In this document: in pieces, positions 9,148-17,679 of the stretch
Layout: each line of letters starts with the position of its first letter
Position numbering within the stretch: the stretch's first letter is position 1
Source of the DNA: Dehalococcoidia bacterium
GTDB taxonomy: Bacteria; Chloroflexota; Dehalococcoidia; Lucifugimonadales; Australimonadaceae
NCBI GenBank assembly: GCA_965116255.1
Contig: OZ220670.1
Coordinates: 522,293 to 586,292 of the forward strand
Direction of reading: 5' to 3'
Length of the DNA: 64,000 nucleotides
Made by a program: the position numbers and the translations under genes
Notes under the pieces: model-generated
Seen by the model: only the letters and a program-made list of their open reading frames with translations
The model's database searches: none
Told to the model about the DNA's origin: nothing

Positions 9148-9909
9148 CTAGCCTGCGGCCACGCCTGCGAGGTTGCTGGCGAACTGCTTGGTCAAGCGGA
9201 CGAAGACGTCAGCACTGGCGTTGGTCAGGTTGCTTTGCCCGTTGGGATAGACGGCCAGCTGCGAGTTGGGCAGCACCTTATGAAGTTCGATGGAGTGATC
9301 CAAGGGGTGTACGGCATCTGGCACGTTGTCGCCGCGAATGATGAGCACCGGCGCCTCGCAGGTCGGAGCCGCTGCACGCAGGTTGTAGTACTCCTGCAGG
9401 TCGGGCTCGTTGCGTATCTGGAAGTAGTTCGTCATTACCTGCTCCCAGTCTTCACCGTGCTGCCGCATCGCTGCCTGCTTGCGCTCCTCCGGCAAAGCGC
9501 TTGGATCGAGGTTCGTATTAAGCGCCGCGTTGCCGGCAGGATCGTTGGCGATGATGGCTGCGTCGAGGATGCAGCCTAGCGTGCGGTCAGGGTGGTCGAT
9601 GGCAAAGCGCAGCGCGACGCGCGAGCCGAGGCTGATGCCATGCACGACAGCCTTGTCGATGCGCAGGTGATCAAGCAAGCCGAGCACGTCGTCTACCCAT
9701 GCAGACGGCGGAATGGCCGGAACGTGCTCTGAACGGCCCATCGCGCGCATGTCGGGGACGATGACGCGCAGGCCCTCGCCTGCAAGGGCTGCGGCGACGC
9801 TTGCAAAGCCGAGGCCGCTCCCCGCTGCACCATGCAGCATGACCAGTGGCGTGCCGGTACCCTGATCCTCCCAGTAGTGCTTGTGTCCATTGATGGTTGC
9901 TTCAGGCAT
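9148..9909 (-). CDS. alpha/beta hydrolase
   Basis: HG oxyanion motif (VMLHGAAGSG), nucleophile elbow GISLGS, and C-terminal Asp/His regions. Confidence 0.8.
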   Translation of the reverse strand: MPEATINGHKHYWEDQGTGTPLVMLHGAAGSGLGFASVAAALAGEGLRVIVPDMRAMGRSEHVPAIPPSAWVDDVLGLLDHLRIDKAVVHGISLGSRVALRFAIDHPDRTLGCILDAAIIANDPAGNAALNTNLDPSALPEERKQAAMRQHGEDWEQVMTNYFQIRNEPDLQEYYNLRAAAPTCEAPVLIIRGDNVPDAVHPLDHSIELHKVLPNSQLAVYPNGQSNLTNASADVFVRLTKQFASNLAGVAAG

Positions 9910-10003
9910 TGGTTCCTCCGTTGTCTCCGGTTCCGAACGGGCCAGTTGTGGGGGCGCCAGCGTACCACAGTGGTGCAGTGGTAAGGTCGAAGCGGAGGCA
10001 GTG

Positions 10004-10180
10004 ATGGAATATAGAGTTGGGCATGACGTGCGCTACGAGATCGTGGTCGACGCGCCAAGCGCGTCGGCAGCGGAGGAGATGGCAGCGGCGATACCGTATG
10101 CGCAATGGGTGCTCCGGTACGTGTCGAATGAGGACGTCGTGGCAATGGTTGAGGATCCGCGCAATCCGCATGCCGAGTAG
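10004..10180 (+). CDS. small hypothetical protein (58 aa)
   Basis: ATG 10004 is preceded by GGAGG at 9994-9998 (5-nt spacer). Protein-like composition (MEYRVGHDVRYEIVVDAPSASAAEEMAAAIPYAQWVLRYV...). No family recognised. Confidence 0.45.
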   Translation: MEYRVGHDVRYEIVVDAPSASAAEEMAAAIPYAQWVLRYVSNEDVVAMVEDPRNPHAE

Positions 10181-10331
10181 GGCCGGCAGCGCTGTTGCCG
10201 CGGCGTACGAGCGAAACTATAATGCGCGCGTCTTTGCGGCGGGGCGCACAAGCCGCTGAAGTAACATCGGGGAAATTCGCGGGGCGCCCAATGCTATTCG
10301 CATAAGCCTTCCTTACAGAAAGGAGCCGATT

Positions 10332-11528
10332 TTGGCTGACATCAGCGCTGCCACGGCACACTTTGGAGATTTGCTGGAGCAACAGTTGGCGAGAGTCGAG
10401 TCGCTCAAGAACGAGCGCCCTGCTACCGACTACGCAAGCCTGTCGCCGATAATCATTGGGACAATTGGCGGCGACGGCATCGGGCCGTCCATCACCGCGG
10501 AGGCCCAACGCCTGCTCGAGCACCTGCTCGCCGGCCAGGTGGACGCGGGCAAGATCGAGTTCCGTCCCATCGAAGGGCTGACCATCGAGAACCGTGCGGA
10601 AAGGCTGCAGGCAATTCCGGACGACGTTCTCGCGCAGATCAAGCAGTGCCACGTCACGCTGAAGGGGCCGACGCACACACCGGAGCGGGGCGACGGCTAC
10701 CCGAACATTGAGAGCGCAAACGTGGCGATGCGAAAAGCGCTCGACCTGTTCGCTAACGTGCGTCCCGTACGCATACCCGCAGAAGGCATCGACTGGACGT
10801 TCTTCCGCGAGAACACTGAGGACATGTACGCGGTCGGCAGCCAGGGCATCAACGTGTCGGACGACTTGGCCATCGACTTCCGCGTCATTACGACTCAGGG
10901 GTCACGGCGCATCATCCGTGCGGCGTTCGAGCATGCCAAGAAGACGGGCAAGGAGCGCGTCACCATCGTCACCAAGGCCAACGTGGTCAAGACGACTGAC
11001 GGTAAGTTTTTGGACGTAGCACGAGAGGTGGCGGAAGACTATCCCGACATCAGCTGGGATGGCTGGTACATCGACATCATGACCGCGAAGCTGATAGACA
11101 CGGCGCGCCGCCACGAATTTCAGGTGCTGGCCCTGCCCAACCTGTACGGCGATATCCTCACGGACGAAGCTGGGCAGATACAGGGCGGCGTCGGAACGGC
11201 AGGGGCTGCCAACATCGGCAGTCAGTATGCGATGTTCGAGGCGATCCATGGAAGCGCACCGCGAATGGTCCGCGAGGGCCGCGCACACTTCGCCGACCCC
11301 TCGTCGATGATTCGCGCAGCGGCGATGATGCTCGAGCACATCGGCTTCCCCGAACTCGGCGCCAAACTCCACAAGGCGCTCGATGTATGCGGGCAGTACG
11401 AGCGAAAGCTGTCCATCACCGGCCGCGACACGGGGTCGACCACAGCAGAGTTCGGTGACTATGTTGCCGAAACGGTGGCCGACTCATCCCTGGAGAGCCG
11501 CTGGATGGAGTACGTTCAAGCCGGCTAA
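10332..11528 (+). CDS. icd: isocitrate dehydrogenase (isocitrate/isopropylmalate dehydrogenase family)
   Basis: TTG start with AGGAG 6 nt upstream. Family motifs NLYGDILTDEAGQIQGGVGTAGAANIG and EAIHGSAP. Lies directly upstream of mdh. Substrate and cofactor specificity are not decidable by eye. Confidence 0.8.
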   Translation: MADISAATAHFGDLLEQQLARVESLKNERPATDYASLSPIIIGTIGGDGIGPSITAEAQRLLEHLLAGQVDAGKIEFRPIEGLTIENRAERLQAIPDDVLAQIKQCHVTLKGPTHTPERGDGYPNIESANVAMRKALDLFANVRPVRIPAEGIDWTFFRENTEDMYAVGSQGINVSDDLAIDFRVITTQGSRRIIRAAFEHAKKTGKERVTIVTKANVVKTTDGKFLDVAREVAEDYPDISWDGWYIDIMTAKLIDTARRHEFQVLALPNLYGDILTDEAGQIQGGVGTAGAANIGSQYAMFEAIHGSAPRMVREGRAHFADPSSMIRAAAMMLEHIGFPELGAKLHKALDVCGQYERKLSITGRDTGSTTAEFGDYVAETVADSSLESRWMEYVQAG

Positions 11529-11564
11529 TGGCCCCTACCCTCTTCGGCTAGGAGAACACGAGTA

Positions 11565-12503
11565 ATGCGCAAGAAAGTCACCGTAGTGGGTGCGGGCAAT
11601 GTCGGCGCCACTACCGCCCAACGCCTCTATGAACGCGGCTACATGGACATCGTGTTGGTCGACGTCGTCGAGGACATGCCGCAAGGAAAGGCCCTGGACA
11701 TCGCACAGTCCGGTCCGGTGCTGGGCGTTGACGCCTCAATTGTCGGCAGCAACGGTTACGACGAGACAGCGGGGTCGGACGTCGTGGTAGTGACCGCGGG
11801 TATTGCCCGCAAGCCGGGCATGAGCCGCGACGACCTACTGTTTACCAACATGAAGATAGTCGGCACGGTCGTCCGGGAGGCGGTGCAGCGCTCGCCGAAC
11901 GCAGCGCTAGTCATCGTCTCCAATCCGTTGGACGCGATGGTGCAATATGCGTACTCCGTTGCCGGCTTCCCCAAGAACCGCGTCGTCGGAATGGCAGGGG
12001 TGCTGGACACGGCGCGCTTCCGCACATTCCTAGCGCAAGAACTGGGTGTATCTGTACGCGACGTGCAGGCGTACGTGCTGGGGGGGCACGGTGACCAGAT
12101 GGTGCCTCTTGTGAAACACACGACCATCGGCGGTGTCTCGATCGGTGAATTGCTACCGCCCGAGCGCCTCGATGCGCTGATTCGCAGAACGCAGGGCGGA
12201 GGCGGCGAGATAGTCGCGCTGCTCAAGACGGGTAGCGCCTTCTATGCGCCGTCGGCTGCCACCGCAGAGATGGTTGACGCCATTCTGCTAGACCAGAAGC
12301 GCCAACTGCCATGTGCCGCCTTGCTGGAGGGCGAGTACGGCATAGACGGCATCTACATGGGCGTGCCGGTCATTCTCGGCACGGGCGGAGTCGAGAAGGT
12401 AGTAGAGTTGGAACTGACGGACGAGGAGACGCGCGCACTTCACACTTCCGCCGACGGTGTCCGTGAATTGGTCACTGCAATGGCGAACGCACCGGCGGAC
12501 TAG
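11565..12503 (+). CDS. mdh: malate dehydrogenase (LDH-like MDH)
   Basis: [18 protein letters not shown] Rossmann start, [13 protein letters not shown], and active-site GGHGD. 312 aa. AGGAG SD. Confidence 0.92.
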   Translation: MRKKVTVVGAGNVGATTAQRLYERGYMDIVLVDVVEDMPQGKALDIAQSGPVLGVDASIVGSNGYDETAGSDVVVVTAGIARKPGMSRDDLLFTNMKIVGTVVREAVQRSPNAALVIVSNPLDAMVQYAYSVAGFPKNRVVGMAGVLDTARFRTFLAQELGVSVRDVQAYVLGGHGDQMVPLVKHTTIGGVSIGELLPPERLDALIRRTQGGGGEIVALLKTGSAFYAPSAATAEMVDAILLDQKRQLPCAALLEGEYGIDGIYMGVPVILGTGGVEKVVELELTDEETRALHTSADGVRELVTAMANAPAD

Positions 12504-13142
12504 GTGAGCCCGCGCATTATCCCGCTTGAACCGGTTGACGGCGGCGAGGGCTTGTCGTCGTTGACCGACGTCGCAATGGCGCTCTACCTAGAAGGGCTGC
12601 CACGCGACATCCATGAGGTAAGCGATGATGAGCCGTTGTACGAGCGCGAGGCGCTTGTGCAAGCGGCGGAGGCGATTTTCGGCTTAGGCTGCGCAACGGG
12701 CGTGGCATTCCCTGGGCACGTGCCGGCCATCCTTGATCAGACACACCCCGACGACGTACAGGCGATACTCGACGAGTGCCGCGAACCGCTATCTGAGCAG
12801 GTGCAAGACGCGCGCCGGTCTGGCGACGACGTTGGGCCGTGGACGTTCCTAAGCGACCTGTTCGAGTCGCTGGAGCCGGGGAGCCCTGTTGCACAAGACG
12901 CGGCGTACAACGTGCTGAGTATATCGTTCGAGTATGGGTGCATCCTCGGCCTGATGGAACGTAGCGCTGGACAAGTAGTGCGCAACCGGCAGGACCGTGC
13001 GAATGCGGAAGCGCTCGCATCAGCCGAGGCCGACCCAAACGCACTGCCACCGCCAAGCCCCTTTCGCGCGTCGCCGCTCCAAGTGCTAGCAACGGAGTTG
13101 CTGGAAGCGTACGAGGCGGACTTCGGGGTGCTGAAAACTTAG
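12504..13142 (+). CDS. acidic hypothetical protein (212 aa)
   Basis: The GTG start immediately follows the mdh stop codon. GC3-rich coding pattern throughout. No recognisable domain. Confidence 0.55.
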   Translation: MSPRIIPLEPVDGGEGLSSLTDVAMALYLEGLPRDIHEVSDDEPLYEREALVQAAEAIFGLGCATGVAFPGHVPAILDQTHPDDVQAILDECREPLSEQVQDARRSGDDVGPWTFLSDLFESLEPGSPVAQDAAYNVLSISFEYGCILGLMERSAGQVVRNRQDRANAEALASAEADPNALPPPSPFRASPLQVLATELLEAYEADFGVLKT

Positions 13143-13800
13143 CTCTTCGTCGCCTCCGCCTCTCGTCCTCGCTATGCCCATCGATTGCGTTCGCCATTCC
13201 CGCGCGGAGGGGATTCGCATACCGTGCCTTGGAACGGACGATAGCGAAGCGTCACACTCGCGTGAACGCTATCCAGTCGATACCCCGTTGTCTGGTCGCT
13301 GGGCGCAATGTCCCGACTATCGACTCACGAGTGCCCCAGCCCGTCAGCACGGAACCCATTGGAGTTTGGGGTGGAATCCTTTTCTGTGAGGACCCCTGAC
13401 ACGCCACGGTATCTCATAGCACCCCCACATAGTCAGCTTGCGAGTGGCCTCCCTATAGCTCGTGGGGCGGAGGCACTGGCTCGACGTTCACCGAGCCGCC
13501 AGCCTCATCGACGTAGCTACCGTGGGCAATAGGAAACCCCTACCGCGCAACCGCCGCAAACGCGTTCCCCACATTCGCCGAGGCCTCGGCTACGCTGCCG
13601 CCTGCCCGCCAACCCCAGCAGCAATGGAGAGGTGAGCGTGTACCCACCTTCGGTAGTAGCGTTGGGAATAGAGACATCCTCCGCGCTATTTCGCCCAGCG
13701 CACCCCTATAGGCACCTCATATGGGCCCGCTTCAATGCCAGCCGATCTACTCCCTACAAGACGAGGGCCCCTACTTCGCTTTCCTTAAGGCGCAAATACT

Positions 13801-14643
13801 CTAGTGCGTTAGGAAGTCTATGACGAGGCGGTTGAACTCGTCCCGGTTTTCGTACTGCACGAAGTGGCCGGAACCGCGCCAGATGTGCACGCGCAGCTTC
13901 GGTATGGTGCCCATTGCGCGGAGGGCGCCCTCAACGGGCACCATCCAGTCCTGTCCGCCCCAGAGGAGCAATACCTCTGCTTCCAGTCGAGCGACATCAC
14001 GCTCAAGGCTGCTCATGCGAGAGCTGCCTCCGAAACGCTGCGACGCTTCGAGGTGGCCGGGGATCATCGCGGCAGCGTAGCGCCGGTCGACAAGCTCTTT
14101 GCTGCGCAGGGCGGGATTGGGAATGAAGTAGTCCATCATCCTCTGCATCCGATCGTAGGTCGGCTCTTCTCGGAACTCGTTCAGCGACTTGATGCCCTCC
14201 GCTGGCACCGGGGACAGCATGAGTTGAAGGCCGGTCGATGCGTAGGAAGCCTGGACGACGATCTTTCCTGTGCGCTCTGGGTAGTCGATACCAAATCGGA
14301 GCCCGAAGGGGCCGCTAAAGGAGGATGCATAGAAGTGTGCCTGGTCGATGCCGAGGTGGTCGAGCAACCCGGCAAAGAGACGTGTAAAAAAGCCGTCAAC
14401 CGTCTCTCCCTCAGGCAAGGTGGCGTTCTTGTCGGAAAGCCCATAACCGGGGAGGTCGACCATCAGGACGCGGAAGTGCTTGCCTAGTTCGTCGACGTTG
14501 AAGCGCGTGTTGTCCCATGCGTTGGCGCCAGGGCCGCCGCCATGGAAGGTCAGCAGCGCGGGGCCCTCGCCACAGTCGTTGTAGTGCAGCTCAACGCCGT
14601 CAATTGTCGCAAAGCGGTCGGTTTCTTCTTTAGTGAAAGGCAT
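13801..14643 (-). CDS. alpha/beta hydrolase, meta-cleavage-product (BphD/HsaD/MhpC-like) C-C hydrolase family, paralogue 1
   Basis: AAGGAG SD. HGGGPGA oxyanion motif, atypical elbow ASSFSG (Ser retained), Asp in WGGQDWMVP, and His in GSGHFVQYE. Confidence 0.8.
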   Translation of the reverse strand: MPFTKEETDRFATIDGVELHYNDCGEGPALLTFHGGGPGANAWDNTRFNVDELGKHFRVLMVDLPGYGLSDKNATLPEGETVDGFFTRLFAGLLDHLGIDQAHFYASSFSGPFGLRFGIDYPERTGKIVVQASYASTGLQLMLSPVPAEGIKSLNEFREEPTYDRMQRMMDYFIPNPALRSKELVDRRYAAAMIPGHLEASQRFGGSSRMSSLERDVARLEAEVLLLWGGQDWMVPVEGALRAMGTIPKLRVHIWRGSGHFVQYENRDEFNRLVIDFLTH

Positions 14644-14672
14644 GTCAGCTCCTTTCGGTCAACTGGACGGTC

Positions 14673-15497
14673 CTAGTCGTTAAGGAATCGGATGACGAGA
14701 CGGTTCCACTCATCGGCACGCTCGTACTGCGGCCAGTGGCCGCATCCGGCGCCGAAGAGATGGAGGCGAGCGTTAGGGATTTCCCACATGGCCGCAAGAC
14801 CACGGTCTAACGGTACGTCTCTATCGGCGGCGCCCCAAATGATGAGGGTGGGCGCCTGGACGTGCTTAAGGGAGCTGAGCAGGTTCTCCATAGGGCCGGT
14901 GATGTTGTTGCGCGCTTCCTTGTAGCCGGGGGCGTGAGCGGCTGCGTAGCGCAGCTGGATCGCCTCCTCGCGCAGCTCCGGGCGCGATATCTGTATGTCC
15001 ATGACCTCGCGAAGGCGCTCCATCGTAGGCTCGCGGCCGAATGCGGCGGTGTAGCTTGCGCCCTCCACTGGCATGGGGCTGAAGAGGCTCTTGCCGACAC
15101 CCGTTGGTGCGTCAACGACAATGCGGCCGATGCGCTCAGGGTGGAGCGTTGCGAGCTTCAGCACAGGCCCTGCGCCCGGTGAGCCACCGTAGAAATGCGC
15201 CCTATCAATGCCAAGCGCGTCCATGAAATCGCGTAGGACCCCGGCGTAGAAGTCGAGGCGCGGGGCGTCGCTCTTCACCTGCTTGTCGGAATCTCCCTGC
15301 GGAGGCAGATTGACGAGCATAGTGTGGAAGTGCTGCGAGAGCGCACCGATGTTGCTGCGGTTCTGCCCCCATGCCGTGGCGCCGAACGCAGTGGCGGCGA
15401 CGCAAACCAGCGGTGGGCCGCTGCCTGCCTCGTGGTAATGGATGCGCAGACCATTGGCATCGGCGTAGCGTGTCGTGTTCTTGGCAGTTAGCGTCAC
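14673..15497 (-). CDS. alpha/beta hydrolase, MCP-hydrolase family, paralogue 2
   Basis: The N-terminus TLTAKNTTRYADANGLRIHYHEAGSG aligns with paralogues 3 and 4. Elbow GGSPGAG, WGAADRDVP, GCGHWPQYE. GTG 15497 is chosen by alignment with the paralogues. The ORF-track start 15578 overlaps the upstream small ORF, so the start is uncertain. Confidence 0.75.
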   Translation of the reverse strand: MTLTAKNTTRYADANGLRIHYHEAGSGPPLVCVAATAFGATAWGQNRSNIGALSQHFHTMLVNLPPQGDSDKQVKSDAPRLDFYAGVLRDFMDALGIDRAHFYGGSPGAGPVLKLATLHPERIGRIVVDAPTGVGKSLFSPMPVEGASYTAAFGREPTMERLREVMDIQISRPELREEAIQLRYAAAHAPGYKEARNNITGPMENLLSSLKHVQAPTLIIWGAADRDVPLDRGLAAMWEIPNARLHLFGAGCGHWPQYERADEWNRLVIRFLND

Positions 15498-15513
15498 GAG
15501 CGTGCTGGTGCCT

Positions 15514-15729
15514 TTAGTCCTCGCGCAGGGCGAGCGCGGCCCACGCCTTTGCATCTTCGTGAGACTTGAAGCCGACACCGTTCAGACCCATGCCTCTATC
15601 CCAAATAGCGCGGATGATGGAAGCCTCGTAAGTGTGGGTGTAGGTGTTGTAGTGGACGACAGCGGTGTTGTCGCTCTTGGTCCACCGCCACATCTTCAGT
15701 TCTGGGAACGCATCCCACTTCATGGGCAT
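15514..15729 (-). CDS. small hypothetical protein (71 aa) embedded in the hydrolase array
   Basis: ATG 15729 is preceded by AGGAGGA (8-nt spacer). Sequence: MPMKWDAFPELKMWRWTKSDNTAVVHYNTYTHTYEASIIRAIWDRGMGLNGVGFKSHEDAKAWAALALRED. No family recognised. Confidence 0.5.
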   Translation of the reverse strand: MPMKWDAFPELKMWRWTKSDNTAVVHYNTYTHTYEASIIRAIWDRGMGLNGVGFKSHEDAKAWAALALRED

Positions 15730-15814
15730 GCCGCCATCCTCCTGTTCGCTGCACGCAGCGTTTGCCCTCGGCTTCCCGCGGCGCGAAGGGAGGGCTGGTA
15801 GCTGCATGACGGAG

Positions 15815-16654
15815 TTAGTCGTTCTCGATGAAGTCCATGATGAGGCGGTTGAACTCGCCAGACTTCTCGTACTGCACCCAGTGGCCGCACTCGGGAAAGA
15901 CGTGCACCTGGCAGTCCGGGATGCGCCAGAGCATGTTCAGCGCGAAGTCGAGCGGCGAGAAGCGGTCGTCCCTGCCCCATATGACCAGCGTCTTGGCCTG
16001 CACATTCTGCAGTTCCGGCGTGAAATCAGGGGTAATGCGGTTGACCGACTTCTTGCGCGCCTCCATGTGCTCAGGGTGGCTCAGCGCGTTCCCCTGGCGC
16101 AGGTCAATCAGCTCGTCGGTCTTGAACTTTTGATCGTACACGAAGAGGTTGACGATCTTGACCATCTGCTCGCGCGTTGGGTTGTCCCACCATGCGTTGA
16201 GAGCCTTGATGCCCTCGAGTGGGCGCGGCATGAAGTAGGAGGGGCCGCTGCCTGCAGGGCCCATGACAACGAGCTTCCCGACGCGTTCGGGGTAGTCGAG
16301 GGCAAAGCGCAGGGAGGTGGCACCACCGAACGAGTTGCCGATGAAGTGGGCCTTGTCGATGCCGAGCTCATCGAACATCGCCTTAATCGAAGCGGTGTTG
16401 TAGCGCGTGGCGTCGCCGTCGATGACGACCGCGTCCGACTTGCCGTACTGGGGCATGTCGAGCAGGAGGGTACGGTACTTCTCGGAGAAGTCACCGATGT
16501 TGGTGCGGAAGTTGCTCCAGCCGGACGCACCAGGGCCTCCGCCATGGAGCATGATGACCACTTCACCGCTTCCCGCCTCGTTGTAGTGCAGTCGGATGTC
16601 GCCTGCTTGAACATAGCGGCTGGTGCCTTCTTCTGTCAGTGTTTGGGTTGCCAT
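15815..16654 (-). CDS. alpha/beta hydrolase, MCP-hydrolase family, paralogue 3
   Basis: AGGAGG SD. MATQTLTEEGTSRY..., HGGGPGASGW, GNSFGG, WGRDDRFSP, ECGHWVQYE. Confidence 0.85.
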   Translation of the reverse strand: MATQTLTEEGTSRYVQAGDIRLHYNEAGSGEVVIMLHGGGPGASGWSNFRTNIGDFSEKYRTLLLDMPQYGKSDAVVIDGDATRYNTASIKAMFDELGIDKAHFIGNSFGGATSLRFALDYPERVGKLVVMGPAGSGPSYFMPRPLEGIKALNAWWDNPTREQMVKIVNLFVYDQKFKTDELIDLRQGNALSHPEHMEARKKSVNRITPDFTPELQNVQAKTLVIWGRDDRFSPLDFALNMLWRIPDCQVHVFPECGHWVQYEKSGEFNRLIMDFIEND

Positions 16655-16687
16655 GTCGTGAGGCCTCCTAGGGGATGCGTTCGACCA

Positions 16688-17524
16688 TTAGCCGAGGAAC
16701 TCCGCAAGTAGCCGGTTGAAGCCGGCCGCGTGCTCGTACTGCGCCCAGTGGCCGCAGCGAGGGAAGATGTGCAGCCGGGCGTTCGGTATCTGCCACATGA
16801 ACTTGAGCGCATGGTCGAGCGGAACGAACAGGTCGTCGCGCCCCCATACGATAAGTGTCTTGGCCTGAATCTTGGGCAACTCCATCGTCAGATCGGGAAG
16901 GACGGGGTTGGACTTCCTGCGGCCCTCCAGGTGTTCAGGGTGCTCGAGCAGGCCCGCAACGCGCTCCTCCAAGAGCTGGTCGGTAACGAAGGACGAGTCG
17001 TAGACGAAGAGGTCAATCATCTTGCGAAACGACTCTACCGTCGGCTCTTGGAAGACGTGGTAGAGCTCCTTGATGCCCTCCATGGGCAATGGGCTGAAGA
17101 GGCTCTTGCCCCCGCCGGCGGCACCCATGAGAACGAGCTTGTCGACGCGTTCGGGGTAGGCAATGGCGACGCATGCAGACGTGCCGCCCCCCATTGAGTT
17201 GCCAACGAAGTGCGCCCTCTCGATGCCGAGCGCATCGAGGAAGTCCACGAATATCTTGGCGTTGACGTGCAGCCGGTCGTTCTCAGGCCCGATGACAATG
17301 GGGTCGGACTTGCCGAAGCCTGGCATGTCGACCAGGATGACGTGGTACCTCTCGGAGAGCGGGCCGATGTTGCGGACGAAATTGCTCCACCCGCTTGCTC
17401 CGGGGCCTCCGCCATGAATGAAGATGATGGCGTCACCGGAGCCGGATTCGTTGTAGTGTATTTTGAAGCCGTTGGCGTCTGCGTAGCGGCTAGTGCTCAC
17501 TTCCGTGAGCGTTTGCGTTGCCAT
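16688..17524 (-). CDS. alpha/beta hydrolase, MCP-hydrolase family, paralogue 4
   Basis: ATG 17524 is preceded by GGAGGA. MATQTLTEVSTSRYADANGFKIHYNESGSG, GNSMGG, WGRDDLFVP, RCGHWAQYE. The longer ORF-track N-terminus (to 17668) is not protein-like. Confidence 0.85.
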   Translation of the reverse strand: MATQTLTEVSTSRYADANGFKIHYNESGSGDAIIFIHGGGPGASGWSNFVRNIGPLSERYHVILVDMPGFGKSDPIVIGPENDRLHVNAKIFVDFLDALGIERAHFVGNSMGGGTSACVAIAYPERVDKLVLMGAAGGGKSLFSPLPMEGIKELYHVFQEPTVESFRKMIDLFVYDSSFVTDQLLEERVAGLLEHPEHLEGRRKSNPVLPDLTMELPKIQAKTLIVWGRDDLFVPLDHALKFMWQIPNARLHIFPRCGHWAQYEHAAGFNRLLAEFLG

Positions 17525-17679
17525 AGAGTCCTCCATGCGCTGGACTGCCGCGCGTGTCCCAAGTGTGGCGTACGGTATCAGAGCAAACCCGATTGTCAAC
17601 GCAACAGAACGGGCCCCGCTCTTGGCGCATCCGCCCTTGACAACGGAGGATGTCCGCGCACGGGACACGGGAGAGGGTC

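Noticed and set aside
9693-10676. 327-aa ORF on the - strand
   Set aside because: It overlaps the 5' part of the alpha/beta hydrolase frame, the small ORF and icd in a shadow frame. It is Arg/Pro-rich with no SD.
12517-13197. 226-aa ORF on the - strand
   Set aside because: It is the Arg-rich mirror frame of the acidic 212-aa ORF. The + strand frame has the better codon pattern and is coupled to mdh.
13143-13800. Known housekeeping RNAs (RNase P RNA, tmRNA, SRP RNA) or an ORF-less group II intron in the large gap
   Set aside because: On either strand I could not find the P4 strands (GGAAAGUCCGG / ACAGAACCCGGCUUA), a tRNA-like T-arm with a CCA end and tag ORF, the SRP GGAAGCAGCC motif, or a domain-V hairpin. 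The partial look-alikes (GGAAAGCGAAG, ACAGAAAAGGAUUCC, GUGCGCUGGGCG) do not pair as those models require. The region stays unexplained rather than assigned.
13632-13823. 63-codon + strand ORF in the gap with an upstream GGAGA
   Set aside because: The SD-like sequence is only 1 nt from the GTG. The product is Ser/Arg/Pro/Tyr-rich and basic, and the ORF runs into the 3' end of the convergent hydrolase gene.
15665-16711. 348-aa ORF on the + strand across the hydrolase array
   Set aside because: It is antisense to two alpha/beta hydrolase genes with clear catalytic motifs and SDs. The sequence is Arg/Ala/Val/Leu-rich and low-complexity, typical of the mirror frame in GC-rich DNA.
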